Source of the DNA: Alphaproteobacteria bacterium
GTDB taxonomy: Bacteria > Pseudomonadota > Alphaproteobacteria > GCA-2731375
NCBI GenBank assembly: GCA_965225945.1
Contig: CBDDBZ010000008.1
Location: 1 to 32,961, forward strand
Direction of reading: 5' to 3'
Length of the DNA stretch: 32,961 nucleotides
Positions 17,183-25,482 of the stretch are shown here, one piece after another; position 1 is the stretch's first letter, and every line of letters starts with the position of its first letter. The notes beneath the pieces were generated by a model. It was not told the DNA's origin. It saw only the letters and a program-made list of their open reading frames with translations, and searched no databases. The position numbers were made by a program, and so were the translations under genes.

Positions 17183-19273
17183 ATGACCGCCAACTCGCTT
17201 CAGGCGCTTCTTTCTCAAGCGGTGCGCTGTTTGAACGCGGGTCGATTCGCCGAGGCCGAGGAGCTATGTCGTCGCGTTCTGTCCGTGCGCAAGCGGGAGC
17301 CCAATGCGCTGCATTTCCTGGGCATCGTGGCGCTACAGTCCCGTCGGCCCGAGGAAGCCGTCGGCCATCTCACCGAAGCGACGTCGAGCGATCGCCGTAA
17401 CCCCGATTTGCTGTGTACCCTGGCGGGCGCGCTGATGGAATGTGGTAGAGAGCGCGAAGCAAGGAAGGCCCTAAACCGGGCGCTGCGTCTTGCGCCGGCG
17501 CACACGCAGGCCCAATACAATCTGGGATTGGTTGAGATGCGTCGTGAGGATTTTTCGATTGCCGCGCGACATTTCGAGAAGGTGGTCAAATCCAATCCTC
17601 AGCATTTGGACGCACTTAATAATCTCGGAATCGCTCAAATTCAGTTGAAGGAGTGCGATGCGGCTGTCCAGGCATTCACCTCGGTACTATCGCGACAGCC
17701 GGATCATCATAGAGCGCGACGTAACTTGGCGAACGCACTTATAGAATTGGATAGATACGAAGATGCGTTAACGGAGTTTGATGCTCTTCTCTCAAATGAT
17801 GATACTGTCGCATCGGATCATTTTCATCGGGCTATAGCTTTGGGTAAAGCACGACGGCGGCCTGAAGCGATCGTAGCGTACAACCGGGCAATAGAAATTG
17901 ATCCCAATTACGTTGATGCTCACAATAATCTGAATCGGCTGCTATGGATGACGGGGGAGTTTCATGTGGCGTTAGATCATATCTCTAGGGCCATGGAATT
18001 GAATCCAGATAACGATAAGCTGCGCCTAAACGCCGCGCTTACTTATGCCGAGGCGGGGCAGGGAGGAAAGGCCATCGATTATTATCAGAAGGTTCTACAG
18101 AATACCCGGGACAATCACGCAGCGAATATTGGCGTTGTGAGGGAATTGCAAAATTTGGGGCGCTTCACTGATGCGGATAATTTCATCGACAACGCCCAAA
18201 AGGACATAACAGATCCAGAGGTCAAGGTACTGTTGGAATGTCAGCGCCTGATCCGTAGTAAAGGAGTTAGTGACGATGAGATTGAAGTGCTTGAATCTTG
18301 GCTCGAAAGTGCCGATTCGGACACACTAAATCGGAGTGTTGTCTTGAATTCCATCGGAAAAGTCTTGGAGTCAAGAGGGGAGCCCGATGCGGCATTTGAA
18401 CAATTTTCCGCAGCGGCGTCCCTTCGGAATGCCAGGGTCCATTACGATGCGGATGCTCACGACGAAAATGTAGATCGCATTATCGAAACGTTCGACGAAT
18501 CTTTGATTCGATTGCTTTCCAAGCATGGCTCTTCGGACGATCGGGTTATTTTCATCGTCGGTATGCCGCGGTCCGGTACGACGTTGGTGGAACAAATTCT
18601 TGCGTCGCACGATGATGTGGATGCGCTGGGCGAGCTACGGAATCTGTCGTTTGCGGTGGAGGATAAGCTGTCTCATGATATGGGAGGAATACCCTATCCA
18701 AAAAGCTTCCGCAATATTGATGGTATGCAGCTTCAAGCCGTGCAAAGATATTATCTAGACTACTTGGATAGAGTTTCCCCATCCGTTAGGTTTGTCGTGG
18801 ATAAGATGCCCACGAATAGCAAATATGTTGGTGCAATCGCGGTATTGTTTCCGAATGCTAGAATTGTACACTGTCGTCGACAGCCAGAAGCGACCGGGGT
18901 GTCGATCTTTATGCAGAATTTCAATGATGAGCATGGATACTCGTTTGATCTTTACAATATTGGCAGGAGGTATCGGACCTACCGCCGACTGATGGCGCAC
19001 TGGCGCGCATTGCTGCCGGAGATGATGCTGGAGTTTGATTACGAGAACTTGATCGGTGATCAGGAGCATGCGAGCCGGGAGTTGCTCGCGCATTGCCGTC
19101 TCGATTGGAAGGACGATGTGTTGGATTTCTCCAACACCGAGCGGAGCGTGAGGACCGCGAGTAGCTGGCAGGTGCGCCAACGGCTCTATGGTCAGCGCGT
19201 GGAAGGTTGGCGCAAGTTCGAAGCCCACCTGGGCCCGTTCTACGCGGGGCTGGCGGGTGAGTCTCGAGGCTGA
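17183..19273 (+). CDS. Tetratricopeptide-repeat protein with C-terminal sulfotransferase domain (Sulfotransfer_3 type)
   Basis: Multiple TPRs (ALHFLG, AQYNLG, ALNNLG, AHNNL), then IFIVGMPRSGTTLVEQILASH, FVVDKMPTN, FPNARIVHCRR, YENLI and VRTASSWQVR. Start uncertain (several ATGs between 17114 and 17183). Confidence 0.9.
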   Translation: MTANSLQALLSQAVRCLNAGRFAEAEELCRRVLSVRKREPNALHFLGIVALQSRRPEEAVGHLTEATSSDRRNPDLLCTLAGALMECGREREARKALNRALRLAPAHTQAQYNLGLVEMRREDFSIAARHFEKVVKSNPQHLDALNNLGIAQIQLKECDAAVQAFTSVLSRQPDHHRARRNLANALIELDRYEDALTEFDALLSNDDTVASDHFHRAIALGKARRRPEAIVAYNRAIEIDPNYVDAHNNLNRLLWMTGEFHVALDHISRAMELNPDNDKLRLNAALTYAEAGQGGKAIDYYQKVLQNTRDNHAANIGVVRELQNLGRFTDADNFIDNAQKDITDPEVKVLLECQRLIRSKGVSDDEIEVLESWLESADSDTLNRSVVLNSIGKVLESRGEPDAAFEQFSAAASLRNARVHYDADAHDENVDRIIETFDESLIRLLSKHGSSDDRVIFIVGMPRSGTTLVEQILASHDDVDALGELRNLSFAVEDKLSHDMGGIPYPKSFRNIDGMQLQAVQRYYLDYLDRVSPSVRFVVDKMPTNSKYVGAIAVLFPNARIVHCRRQPEATGVSIFMQNFNDEHGYSFDLYNIGRRYRTYRRLMAHWRALLPEMMLEFDYENLIGDQEHASRELLAHCRLDWKDDVLDFSNTERSVRTASSWQVRQRLYGQRVEGWRKFEAHLGPFYAGLAGESRG

Positions 19274-19295
19274 AGGTCGTTTCGGTCGAACCTCA

Positions 19296-19430
19296 TACCG
19301 AGCGGCGATGAGAGGGACTCATTGCGGGTTGTCTGGCGTTCAGACGCCACGCGGGCTTTTCCTCGCATAAGCTCGGGCGCGCGGCCGCGCTTGCCGACCC
19401 GCGATGAGTTGCACTTAACGCAGGTCGGTA
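19296..19430. mobile_element. 135-bp MITE-like element with 36-bp imperfect terminal inverted repeats and TCA direct repeats
   Basis: 19296-19331 versus the reverse complement of 19395-19430 align ungapped at 27/36 by hand count, both starting TACCGA. TCA flanks at 19293-19295 and 19431-19433. Internal hairpins; non-coding. Confidence 0.65.
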
Positions 19431-21101
19431 TCAGATCGTCGCGTCCAGATTGCCGAGGCGGTCGCTCAGTTTCAGGTTTTCGCCGTAGTCGACCGGCACG
19501 GCGAGCAGCGCGGGGCCGGGCTGCGCGAGGGCCTCGGCGAGATCGCCCGCGAAGTCGCCCGCGGAGCGCACCTGGCGGCCCCAGACGCGGAAGGCCGTCG
19601 CCAGCGCCTCGAAATCCGGATTGCCGAAGTCGAGCTCGGAATGGCGGCCGTCGAACTGGGTCTGCTGCTTCCACTTGATCAGACCGTAGCCGCCGTCGAC
19701 CCAGACCAGGGCGACGAAGGGGATCGCCAGGCGCTGGGCGGTCTCCAGGTCCTGCAAATTCATCATGAATCCCCCGTCGCCGGCGATCGCCACGACGCGG
19801 CGCTCCGGGCGGGCGATCTTGGCGCCGATGCCCCCTGGTAGCGCAAAGCCCATCGAACAAAAGCCATTCGAGATCAGGCAGGTATTGGGTTCGATGGAGT
19901 GGTAGTGCCGGGCGACCCACATCTTGTGCGCCCCGACGTCGGAAAGCACGATATCGTCGGGTCCGAGGGCTTGGCGGACCTCGGCGAGGATGCGCTGCGG
20001 TTTCATCGGGAAGGCCTCGTTGCCCGCCTCCGCCGTCAGGTCGGCGTGGATCCGCCGGCGCAGCGGCGCCTCGCGGTTCGGGTCGAAGAGCGGCAGCCGG
20101 CCCCCGTGGACGGCATTGATCGCTTCGTTCAGTTGCCAGAGCGAATCGGCGACATCGGCAACCAGCTCGACCCGGACCGGATAGTCGCTGTCGATTTCGG
20201 CCGGTTCGAAATCGATATGGACGATCGTCTTGTCGCCGCCCCGGTTCCAGAGCGTGGGTGCGTATTCCACCAGATCGTAGCCGACCGGGACGACGAGGTC
20301 GGCGGCATCGAACAGCTGGTTGATGTGATCGCCGCCCTGCAGGCCGGCGGTGAAGAGCGACAGCGGATCCTCCAGCGACAGCGCGCCCTTGCCCATGAAG
20401 GTGTTGACCACCGGAATGCCGGTCTTGCGGGCGAAGCGGCGCAACTGGCGCGAGGCCTGCTTGCGAAGCGCGCCGTTGCCGGCGAGCACGACGGGCCGTT
20501 TCGCCGCCTCGATCAGCTCGAGCGCGCGCGCCACCGCCTTGTGGTCGGCGGCCGGGCGCCTCGTCCGGCTCTGGCCGAGCGGGCGGCCCGACACGGCGAC
20601 CTTGGCGACATCCTCCGGCAGTTCGATCACCGTGGCGGCGGGTTTCTCCGCCGTCGCGATGCGGAAGGGCTTGCGGATCACCTCGGGGATGGTCTCGGCC
20701 CTGGCGATTCCCTGCGCCCATTTGGTGATCGGCCGCATCATCGCCACCGCGTCCATGTTCTGGTGGCTTTCCTTGTGGAGGCGCCGGGTCGAGGCCTGGC
20801 CGATGATCGCGACCAGGGGCGCGCGGTCCATGTTGGCGTCGGCGATGCCCGTCACCAGGTTGGTGGCGCCGGGCCCGAGCGTCGCCAGGCAGACCCCGGG
20901 CCGACCGGTCAGGCGGCCGTAGGCGTCGGCCATGAAGGCGGCGGCCTGCTCGTGTCGGCAAAGGATGAAGCGGATATCACTACTCTCCAGCGCGATCATC
21001 AGATCGGCGTTCTCCTCGCCCGGCACGCCGAAGATGTGCTTGACCCCCTCCGCCTCGAGGCAGCGGACGAACAGTTCGGCGGCCTTGATGGTGTCGGTCA
21101 T
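19431..21101 (-). CDS. ThDP-dependent enzyme, acetolactate synthase large subunit-like
   Basis: FGVPGEEN, RHEQAAAFMA, TLGPGATN, SDVGAHKMW, SMGFALPG and GDGGFMMN motifs. No ilvH or ilvC alongside. Confidence 0.88.
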   Translation of the reverse strand: MTDTIKAAELFVRCLEAEGVKHIFGVPGEENADLMIALESSDIRFILCRHEQAAAFMADAYGRLTGRPGVCLATLGPGATNLVTGIADANMDRAPLVAIIGQASTRRLHKESHQNMDAVAMMRPITKWAQGIARAETIPEVIRKPFRIATAEKPAATVIELPEDVAKVAVSGRPLGQSRTRRPAADHKAVARALELIEAAKRPVVLAGNGALRKQASRQLRRFARKTGIPVVNTFMGKGALSLEDPLSLFTAGLQGGDHINQLFDAADLVVPVGYDLVEYAPTLWNRGGDKTIVHIDFEPAEIDSDYPVRVELVADVADSLWQLNEAINAVHGGRLPLFDPNREAPLRRRIHADLTAEAGNEAFPMKPQRILAEVRQALGPDDIVLSDVGAHKMWVARHYHSIEPNTCLISNGFCSMGFALPGGIGAKIARPERRVVAIAGDGGFMMNLQDLETAQRLAIPFVALVWVDGGYGLIKWKQQTQFDGRHSELDFGNPDFEALATAFRVWGRQVRSAGDFAGDLAEALAQPGPALLAVPVDYGENLKLSDRLGNLDATI

Positions 21102-21128
21102 GGGTTGGCTCCCCTCCCGCCCGGCTCA

Positions 21129-22058
21129 GAGTCCGACTCGAAATGAATCGAGTGTTTTCAGGCTCTTGCGAGACGGCGCGTGAGGAGTTGGATGCTGGCG
21201 AGGAAGATCCAGGCCTCGGCGGTCTCGATGGCCGTCTCGAAGTCCTTGGCCAGCCGCCGGTTTCGATTGAGCCAGGCGAGCGTGCGCTCGACGACCCATC
21301 GGCGGGGCAGGAGTTGGAAGCCCTTCACGCCCGCGGGACGGTTGACGATCTCTAGCGACCAGCGGCCGATCCGCTTCAGTGCGCCCTCGAGCTTGGGCCC
21401 GGCATAGGCGCCGTCGGCGAAGACGTGGCGCAGGCGGGGAAAGTGGCGGGGGATGGCGGCGAACACCGCCGGCGCGCCGTCGCGGTCCTGGATCTCGGCG
21501 CCGTGGACCACGACCGCGACCAGCAGGCCGCCGGTGTCGGTGAGGATGTGACGCTTGCGGCCCTTGACTTTCTTTCCGGCGTCGAAGCCCCGGATACCGC
21601 CGCTTTCCGTGGTTTTTACGCTCTGACTGTCGATGATACCGGCCGACGGGCCGGCCGCGCGGCCCTCGGCCTCGCGCGCCGCGACCAGCAGTTGCCGGTT
21701 GACCTCGGACCAGGTGCCGTCGTCCCGCCAGAGATAAAAGTAGCGCTGCACCGTCGAGCGTGGCGGGAAGTCCCGGGGCAGCATGCGCCATGGACAGCCG
21801 CTACGCAGTAGGTAGAGGATCGCGTTCACCACTTCGCGCAATGCCGTCGTCCGAGGCCGTCCCAGCGCTTTGGCGCGAGGCAGCAACGGCTCCAGCACCT
21901 TCCATTCTCCATCCGTCAGGTCGCTTGCGTAGCGCAGCAGGTCGCGTTCATACTTCGGGCGAGTGATTTTGGTCCACATGTTGTGTCTCCCTGGTTGCTA
22001 AATACAAACAGTGAATCACAACTGACTGAAATCACTCAACTCTTTTCGGGCCAGACAC
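21129..22058 (-). mobile_element. IS5-family insertion sequence, IS1031-like, 930 bp
   Basis: Imperfect terminal IRs GAGTCCGACTCGAAA and GTGTCTGGCCCGAAA (11/15), TNA flanks (TCA left, TTA right on the + strand), single transposase ORF. Confidence 0.85.
21158..21979 (-). CDS. IS5-family DDE transposase
   Basis: YASDLTDGEW, GCPWRMLPRDFPP, IIDSQSVKT, GKKVKGRKRH, ADGAY and RWVVERTLAWL...RRLAKDFE. Intact 273-aa ORF. Confidence 0.95.
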   Translation of the reverse strand: MWTKITRPKYERDLLRYASDLTDGEWKVLEPLLPRAKALGRPRTTALREVVNAILYLLRSGCPWRMLPRDFPPRSTVQRYFYLWRDDGTWSEVNRQLLVAAREAEGRAAGPSAGIIDSQSVKTTESGGIRGFDAGKKVKGRKRHILTDTGGLLVAVVVHGAEIQDRDGAPAVFAAIPRHFPRLRHVFADGAYAGPKLEGALKRIGRWSLEIVNRPAGVKGFQLLPRRWVVERTLAWLNRNRRLAKDFETAIETAEAWIFLASIQLLTRRLARA

Positions 22059-22895
22059 TTAGACCGGCCGGTCGCCCTCCGCCGTGGTGCGATGCAGATA
22101 GCGGACCAGGGTTTCGCCGTAGTCGCGGACCGCGTAGTGCATGGTGCAGCGGTTGTCCCACATCAAGACGTCACCTTGACGCCATTTGTGGCGGTAGATG
22201 TTCTCGTGCCGGGTCGCCTCGGCGTAGAGATAGTCGAGGATCGCGCGGCTTTCGCCCCGGTTCATGCCGTCGATATGGGAGGTGAAATAGGGATTGACGT
22301 AGAGCGCGCGGCCGCCGCTTTCGGGATGGGTGCGGACCATCGGGTGCGGCACGCCGGGCGGTACCTCCCGCGCCGGCACGCGGGAGGGTTTCTCGTTCAC
22401 CAGCCGATAGGCGTCGTGGATCGCCGATTGCCGGTCCAGCACCGCGCGCAGCCCGTCCGAAAGCGCCTCGTAGGCCACATACATATTGCAGAACATGGTG
22501 TCCGCCGGCCCCTCGGTGACGTCGATCGCGTGCAGCATGGAAAGCGCGGGCGGCCGTTCGGCGAAGGAAATGTCGGAATGCCAGAAATCGTTGCGGGGAC
22601 CCGGCGTGCCGGGGCGGTTCTCCAGCACCATGACTTCGGGGTGCGCGTCGAGCCCCCGGCGCGAGCCCAGGGGGTGTGGCTCCACCGGCCCGAAGCGCTG
22701 GGTGAAGGCCAGGTGCTCGCCCGGGCCGACGTCCTGGTCTCGAAAGAACACCACCAGGTGGTCGAGAAAGGCGCGGCGAACCTCGGCGAAGGTCGTGTCG
22801 TCGAGTAGGCGGGAAAGATCGACGCCGCCGATCTCCGCGCCGAGCGCGCCGGAGGCGGAGCGAACCTCGATCCTCTCGTAACCGGTTGTCGGCAT
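22059..22895 (-). CDS. TauD/TfdA-family Fe(II)/2-oxoglutarate dioxygenase
   Basis: GAEIGGVDLS, VVFFRDQ, WHSD (HxD), HPMVRTHPESG and WDNRCTMH. ATG 22895 follows GGAGAG. Confidence 0.92.
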   Translation of the reverse strand: MPTTGYERIEVRSASGALGAEIGGVDLSRLLDDTTFAEVRRAFLDHLVVFFRDQDVGPGEHLAFTQRFGPVEPHPLGSRRGLDAHPEVMVLENRPGTPGPRNDFWHSDISFAERPPALSMLHAIDVTEGPADTMFCNMYVAYEALSDGLRAVLDRQSAIHDAYRLVNEKPSRVPAREVPPGVPHPMVRTHPESGGRALYVNPYFTSHIDGMNRGESRAILDYLYAEATRHENIYRHKWRQGDVLMWDNRCTMHYAVRDYGETLVRYLHRTTAEGDRPV

Positions 22896-22914
22896 TTGAG
22901 TTTCTCTCCCCTGG

Positions 22915-24273
22915 TCAGCCGTGGACGTCGGCCAGCAGGTCGCCGATGCCGCCGGCCGCGTCGAGCGCCCCGAGGCGGGCGGCGAGCGCGTCGGCTGTAT
23001 TGGTGTCAAGTGGGGTCATGCCGAAGCCCGCGCAGTCGCGAAACTTGGATTGGACCTGGGCGTCGGAAAGGGGGTTTTGCGGCGTGCCGGGGACGAAATC
23101 CAGTCGGCGTTCGATCACCCGGCCGCCGGTCGTGGCGACGGCGACGCCGGCCGGCGCGAACTTGCCGGCATTCTCGCGTTCGACTCGAATGTCGATTTTG
23201 GCGATGAAGTCGGCGATGCCACCGTCGGGCACCGCGTCGGCCTGAATTTCGGCGATGCCGAGACGACGGCGCAGGAGCGCGCTGGCGGCCGAATAGTGGA
23301 TCGAGAACTGGGCCGCGACCTGGGGATTGTCGGCTGGATGGAAGGCGGCGCCGACCAGCCCATCGGCGAAGGGCGAGATGGCGACCTCCACCGCCTCGAC
23401 TTCGCCCGGGTCGAGGTCGGCCTCTTCGGCGATGTCGATCAACAGGTCGTTCGGCACGTGGTTGGCGGTACAGCTCGGGTAGTTCTTGATCGTGACCGCC
23501 GCCTGTTCCCAGTGCGCGCCGAGGTTCGCGACCAATTGCTCGCCGTCGCCTGGACCATGGAGCGCGTGGTAGCTGTATTTGCCCTCGACCGCGCGGCGCG
23601 GGCCGTCGATCCCGGCCTGGGCCAGCCGGGCCGCGAAGACGGCCGATTCGGCCGCCAGGCCCGAGGCCGCGCGTTTCGCCAGTCTTTTGTCCAGCAATGC
23701 CTGTTGCGAGCCGCCGGCCCGGAAGAAGGCGAGGCCGAGGGCGTCGGCGATGGCGCCCGCGTCGAGGCCCAGCAGCTTGGCGCTGGCCGCCGCCCCGCCG
23801 AAGACGCCGTGCGTCGAGGTGTGGAACCAGCCCCGATTCTCTTCGTTCGCCGCGCCGAAACGGCAGGCGATCTCGGTGCCGAGCGCCACCGCCGCGAGAA
23901 AGTCCCGGCCGCTCGCCCCGGTTTCCTCCGCCAGCGCCCAGGCCGCCGGGACGGTCACGATGTCGGGGTGGACCGAGCCTTTTTCGTGGACCGAATCATA
24001 ATCGAGCGCGGCGGCTTGCAGGCCATTGACGAAGGCGGCGCCCCGCGCCGCGACCCGCTCTCCGCTGGCCCAGATCGTGGCCGCGCCTGGTGCCTGTTCG
24101 GCGAGAATAGTTTGTCGCGCGCCGTCGCAACCCGGCGCCGTCGATCCGGCCCAGGCGCAGCCGAGCGTATCCAGGATCCGCCGCTTGGTCGCGACGACGA
24201 TGTCGGCGGGCAGATCGTCGTAATTCGTCTCGACGACGAAGACGGCGAGTTGTTCGGTCAGTGTCTCGGCCAT
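22915..24273 (-). CDS. MmgE/PrpD-family protein
   Basis: ILDTLGCA, AAFVNG...LDYDSVH...HP, RGWFHTST, IKNYPSC, AQFSIHY and GTPQNPLS..KF. Confidence 0.9.
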   Translation of the reverse strand: MAETLTEQLAVFVVETNYDDLPADIVVATKRRILDTLGCAWAGSTAPGCDGARQTILAEQAPGAATIWASGERVAARGAAFVNGLQAAALDYDSVHEKGSVHPDIVTVPAAWALAEETGASGRDFLAAVALGTEIACRFGAANEENRGWFHTSTHGVFGGAAASAKLLGLDAGAIADALGLAFFRAGGSQQALLDKRLAKRAASGLAAESAVFAARLAQAGIDGPRRAVEGKYSYHALHGPGDGEQLVANLGAHWEQAAVTIKNYPSCTANHVPNDLLIDIAEEADLDPGEVEAVEVAISPFADGLVGAAFHPADNPQVAAQFSIHYSAASALLRRRLGIAEIQADAVPDGGIADFIAKIDIRVERENAGKFAPAGVAVATTGGRVIERRLDFVPGTPQNPLSDAQVQSKFRDCAGFGMTPLDTNTADALAARLGALDAAGGIGDLLADVHG

Positions 24274-24306
24274 GGCCCGCGGACCCCTGCGGCTGTCGCG
24301 GCCCGG

Positions 24307-24343
24307 ATGCTAGCACGGCGAGCCGCGCGGACAAGGCTCGCCG
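24307..24343 (-). promoter_or_regulatory. Candidate promoter with overlapping inverted repeat for the prpD-like operon
   Basis: Minus strand TTGTCC-N16-TAGCAT with TG extension. A perfect 9-bp IR CGGCGAGCC-N10-GGCTCGCCG (24316-24343) brackets the -35. Confidence 0.35.
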
Positions 24344-24588
24344 ACGGTTCTCATGCAATTCATGAATATCTCCGATGCGCCAAAACATCTTGGCAAGAGC
24401 GCGCCAGTCACGAGCCCGAAAGGGTCATTAGTATCGCTCTTACGCGGTCATGTGTGGTTCTATCGCGTAGGAACAAACACGGTATGGTCTTCATGTGCCA
24501 GCATGGGGACTTGCCGGACGGCAATGATGGAACGCCCTGATGAGAAAAGTCGTATGGTCGGCGGCGGCTACCAAATAACGCTCGGAAC

Positions 24589-25482
24589 CTATTCCTGGGC
24601 CCGCCCCAGGCGCTGGCAAATGTCGTCGAGTTGTTCGAGGCTTCGGTAGCGGATGTGGATTTCGCCCGCCTCGCCCTTGTGGTTGATGGCGACGACGAGG
24701 CCGAGGAGCTCGCCGAGCTGGCGCTCGAGGGCGCGGGTATCGGCGCTCTTGGCCTCCTCCGCCCAGCCCGTGCCGGCGGGGGCGCCCTCGCCGGCCTTCT
24801 TCGTTCGCTGGGCCAGGCGTTCGACCTGGCGCGCGCTCATCCCCTTGGCGACGACCCTGGCGGCCATCGCCGCGGCCTGTTCCAGGCCGATCAGCGGGCG
24901 GGCCTGGCCGGGGCTGAGCCGGCCCTGGTCCAGCAGACGGCGGACCTCGTCGGGGAGCGAGAGAAGGCGCAGCGTGTTGGCGACATGGCTGCGGCTTTTG
25001 CCGACCATGGCGGCGATGCCGTCCCGGGTCTGGCCGTGCTGGTCGATCAGCCGGCGGTAGCCCTCCGCCTCCTCGATCGGGGTCAGGTCCTCGCGCTGGA
25101 TGTTCTCGACCAGGGCGAGCTCCAGGGTCTCCGCGTCCGAGAGGTCGCGGATCAGGATCGGCACTTCGTGCAGCCGGACCCGCTGGGCCGCCCGCCAGCG
25201 CCGTTCGCCGGCGACTATTTCGTAGTCGCCGCCGCCCTCGGGCGCGCGGCGGACGAGGATCGGCTGCAAAATACCGCTGGCCCGGATCGATTCGGCCAGA
25301 TTCTCGATCTCGGTCTCGGCGAAATTTCGCCGGGGCTGCAGCGGGTTGGGTTTGAGGCGGTCGATGTTCACCCCCGTGGTGGCGGCTCGCGGCTCCGGGG
25401 TCGCGTGATCCCCCGCCGCCTCGTCGTCCAGCAGGGCGGAAAGACCGCGGCCCAGGCCCCGCTTGCGAGGTTCGTCGATCAT
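24589..25482 (-). CDS. parB: Chromosome partitioning protein ParB
   Basis: RGLGRGLSALL, PNPLQPRR, GILQPILVR, IVAGERRWRAA, ALVENIQREDL and GKSRSHVANTLRLL. ATGA overlap with parA. Confidence 0.96.
   Translation of the reverse strand: MIDEPRKRGLGRGLSALLDDEAAGDHATPEPRAATTGVNIDRLKPNPLQPRRNFAETEIENLAESIRASGILQPILVRRAPEGGGDYEIVAGERRWRAAQRVRLHEVPILIRDLSDAETLELALVENIQREDLTPIEEAEGYRRLIDQHGQTRDGIAAMVGKSRSHVANTLRLLSLPDEVRRLLDQGRLSPGQARPLIGLEQAAAMAARVVAKGMSARQVERLAQRTKKAGEGAPAGTGWAEEAKSADTRALERQLGELLGLVVAINHKGEAGEIHIRYRSLEQLDDICQRLGRAQE

Noticed and set aside
19431-21101. Calling the ThDP enzyme ilvB/ilvI or xsc
   Set aside because: No regulatory subunit, ilvC or pta nearby, and I cannot assign the subfamily by eye.
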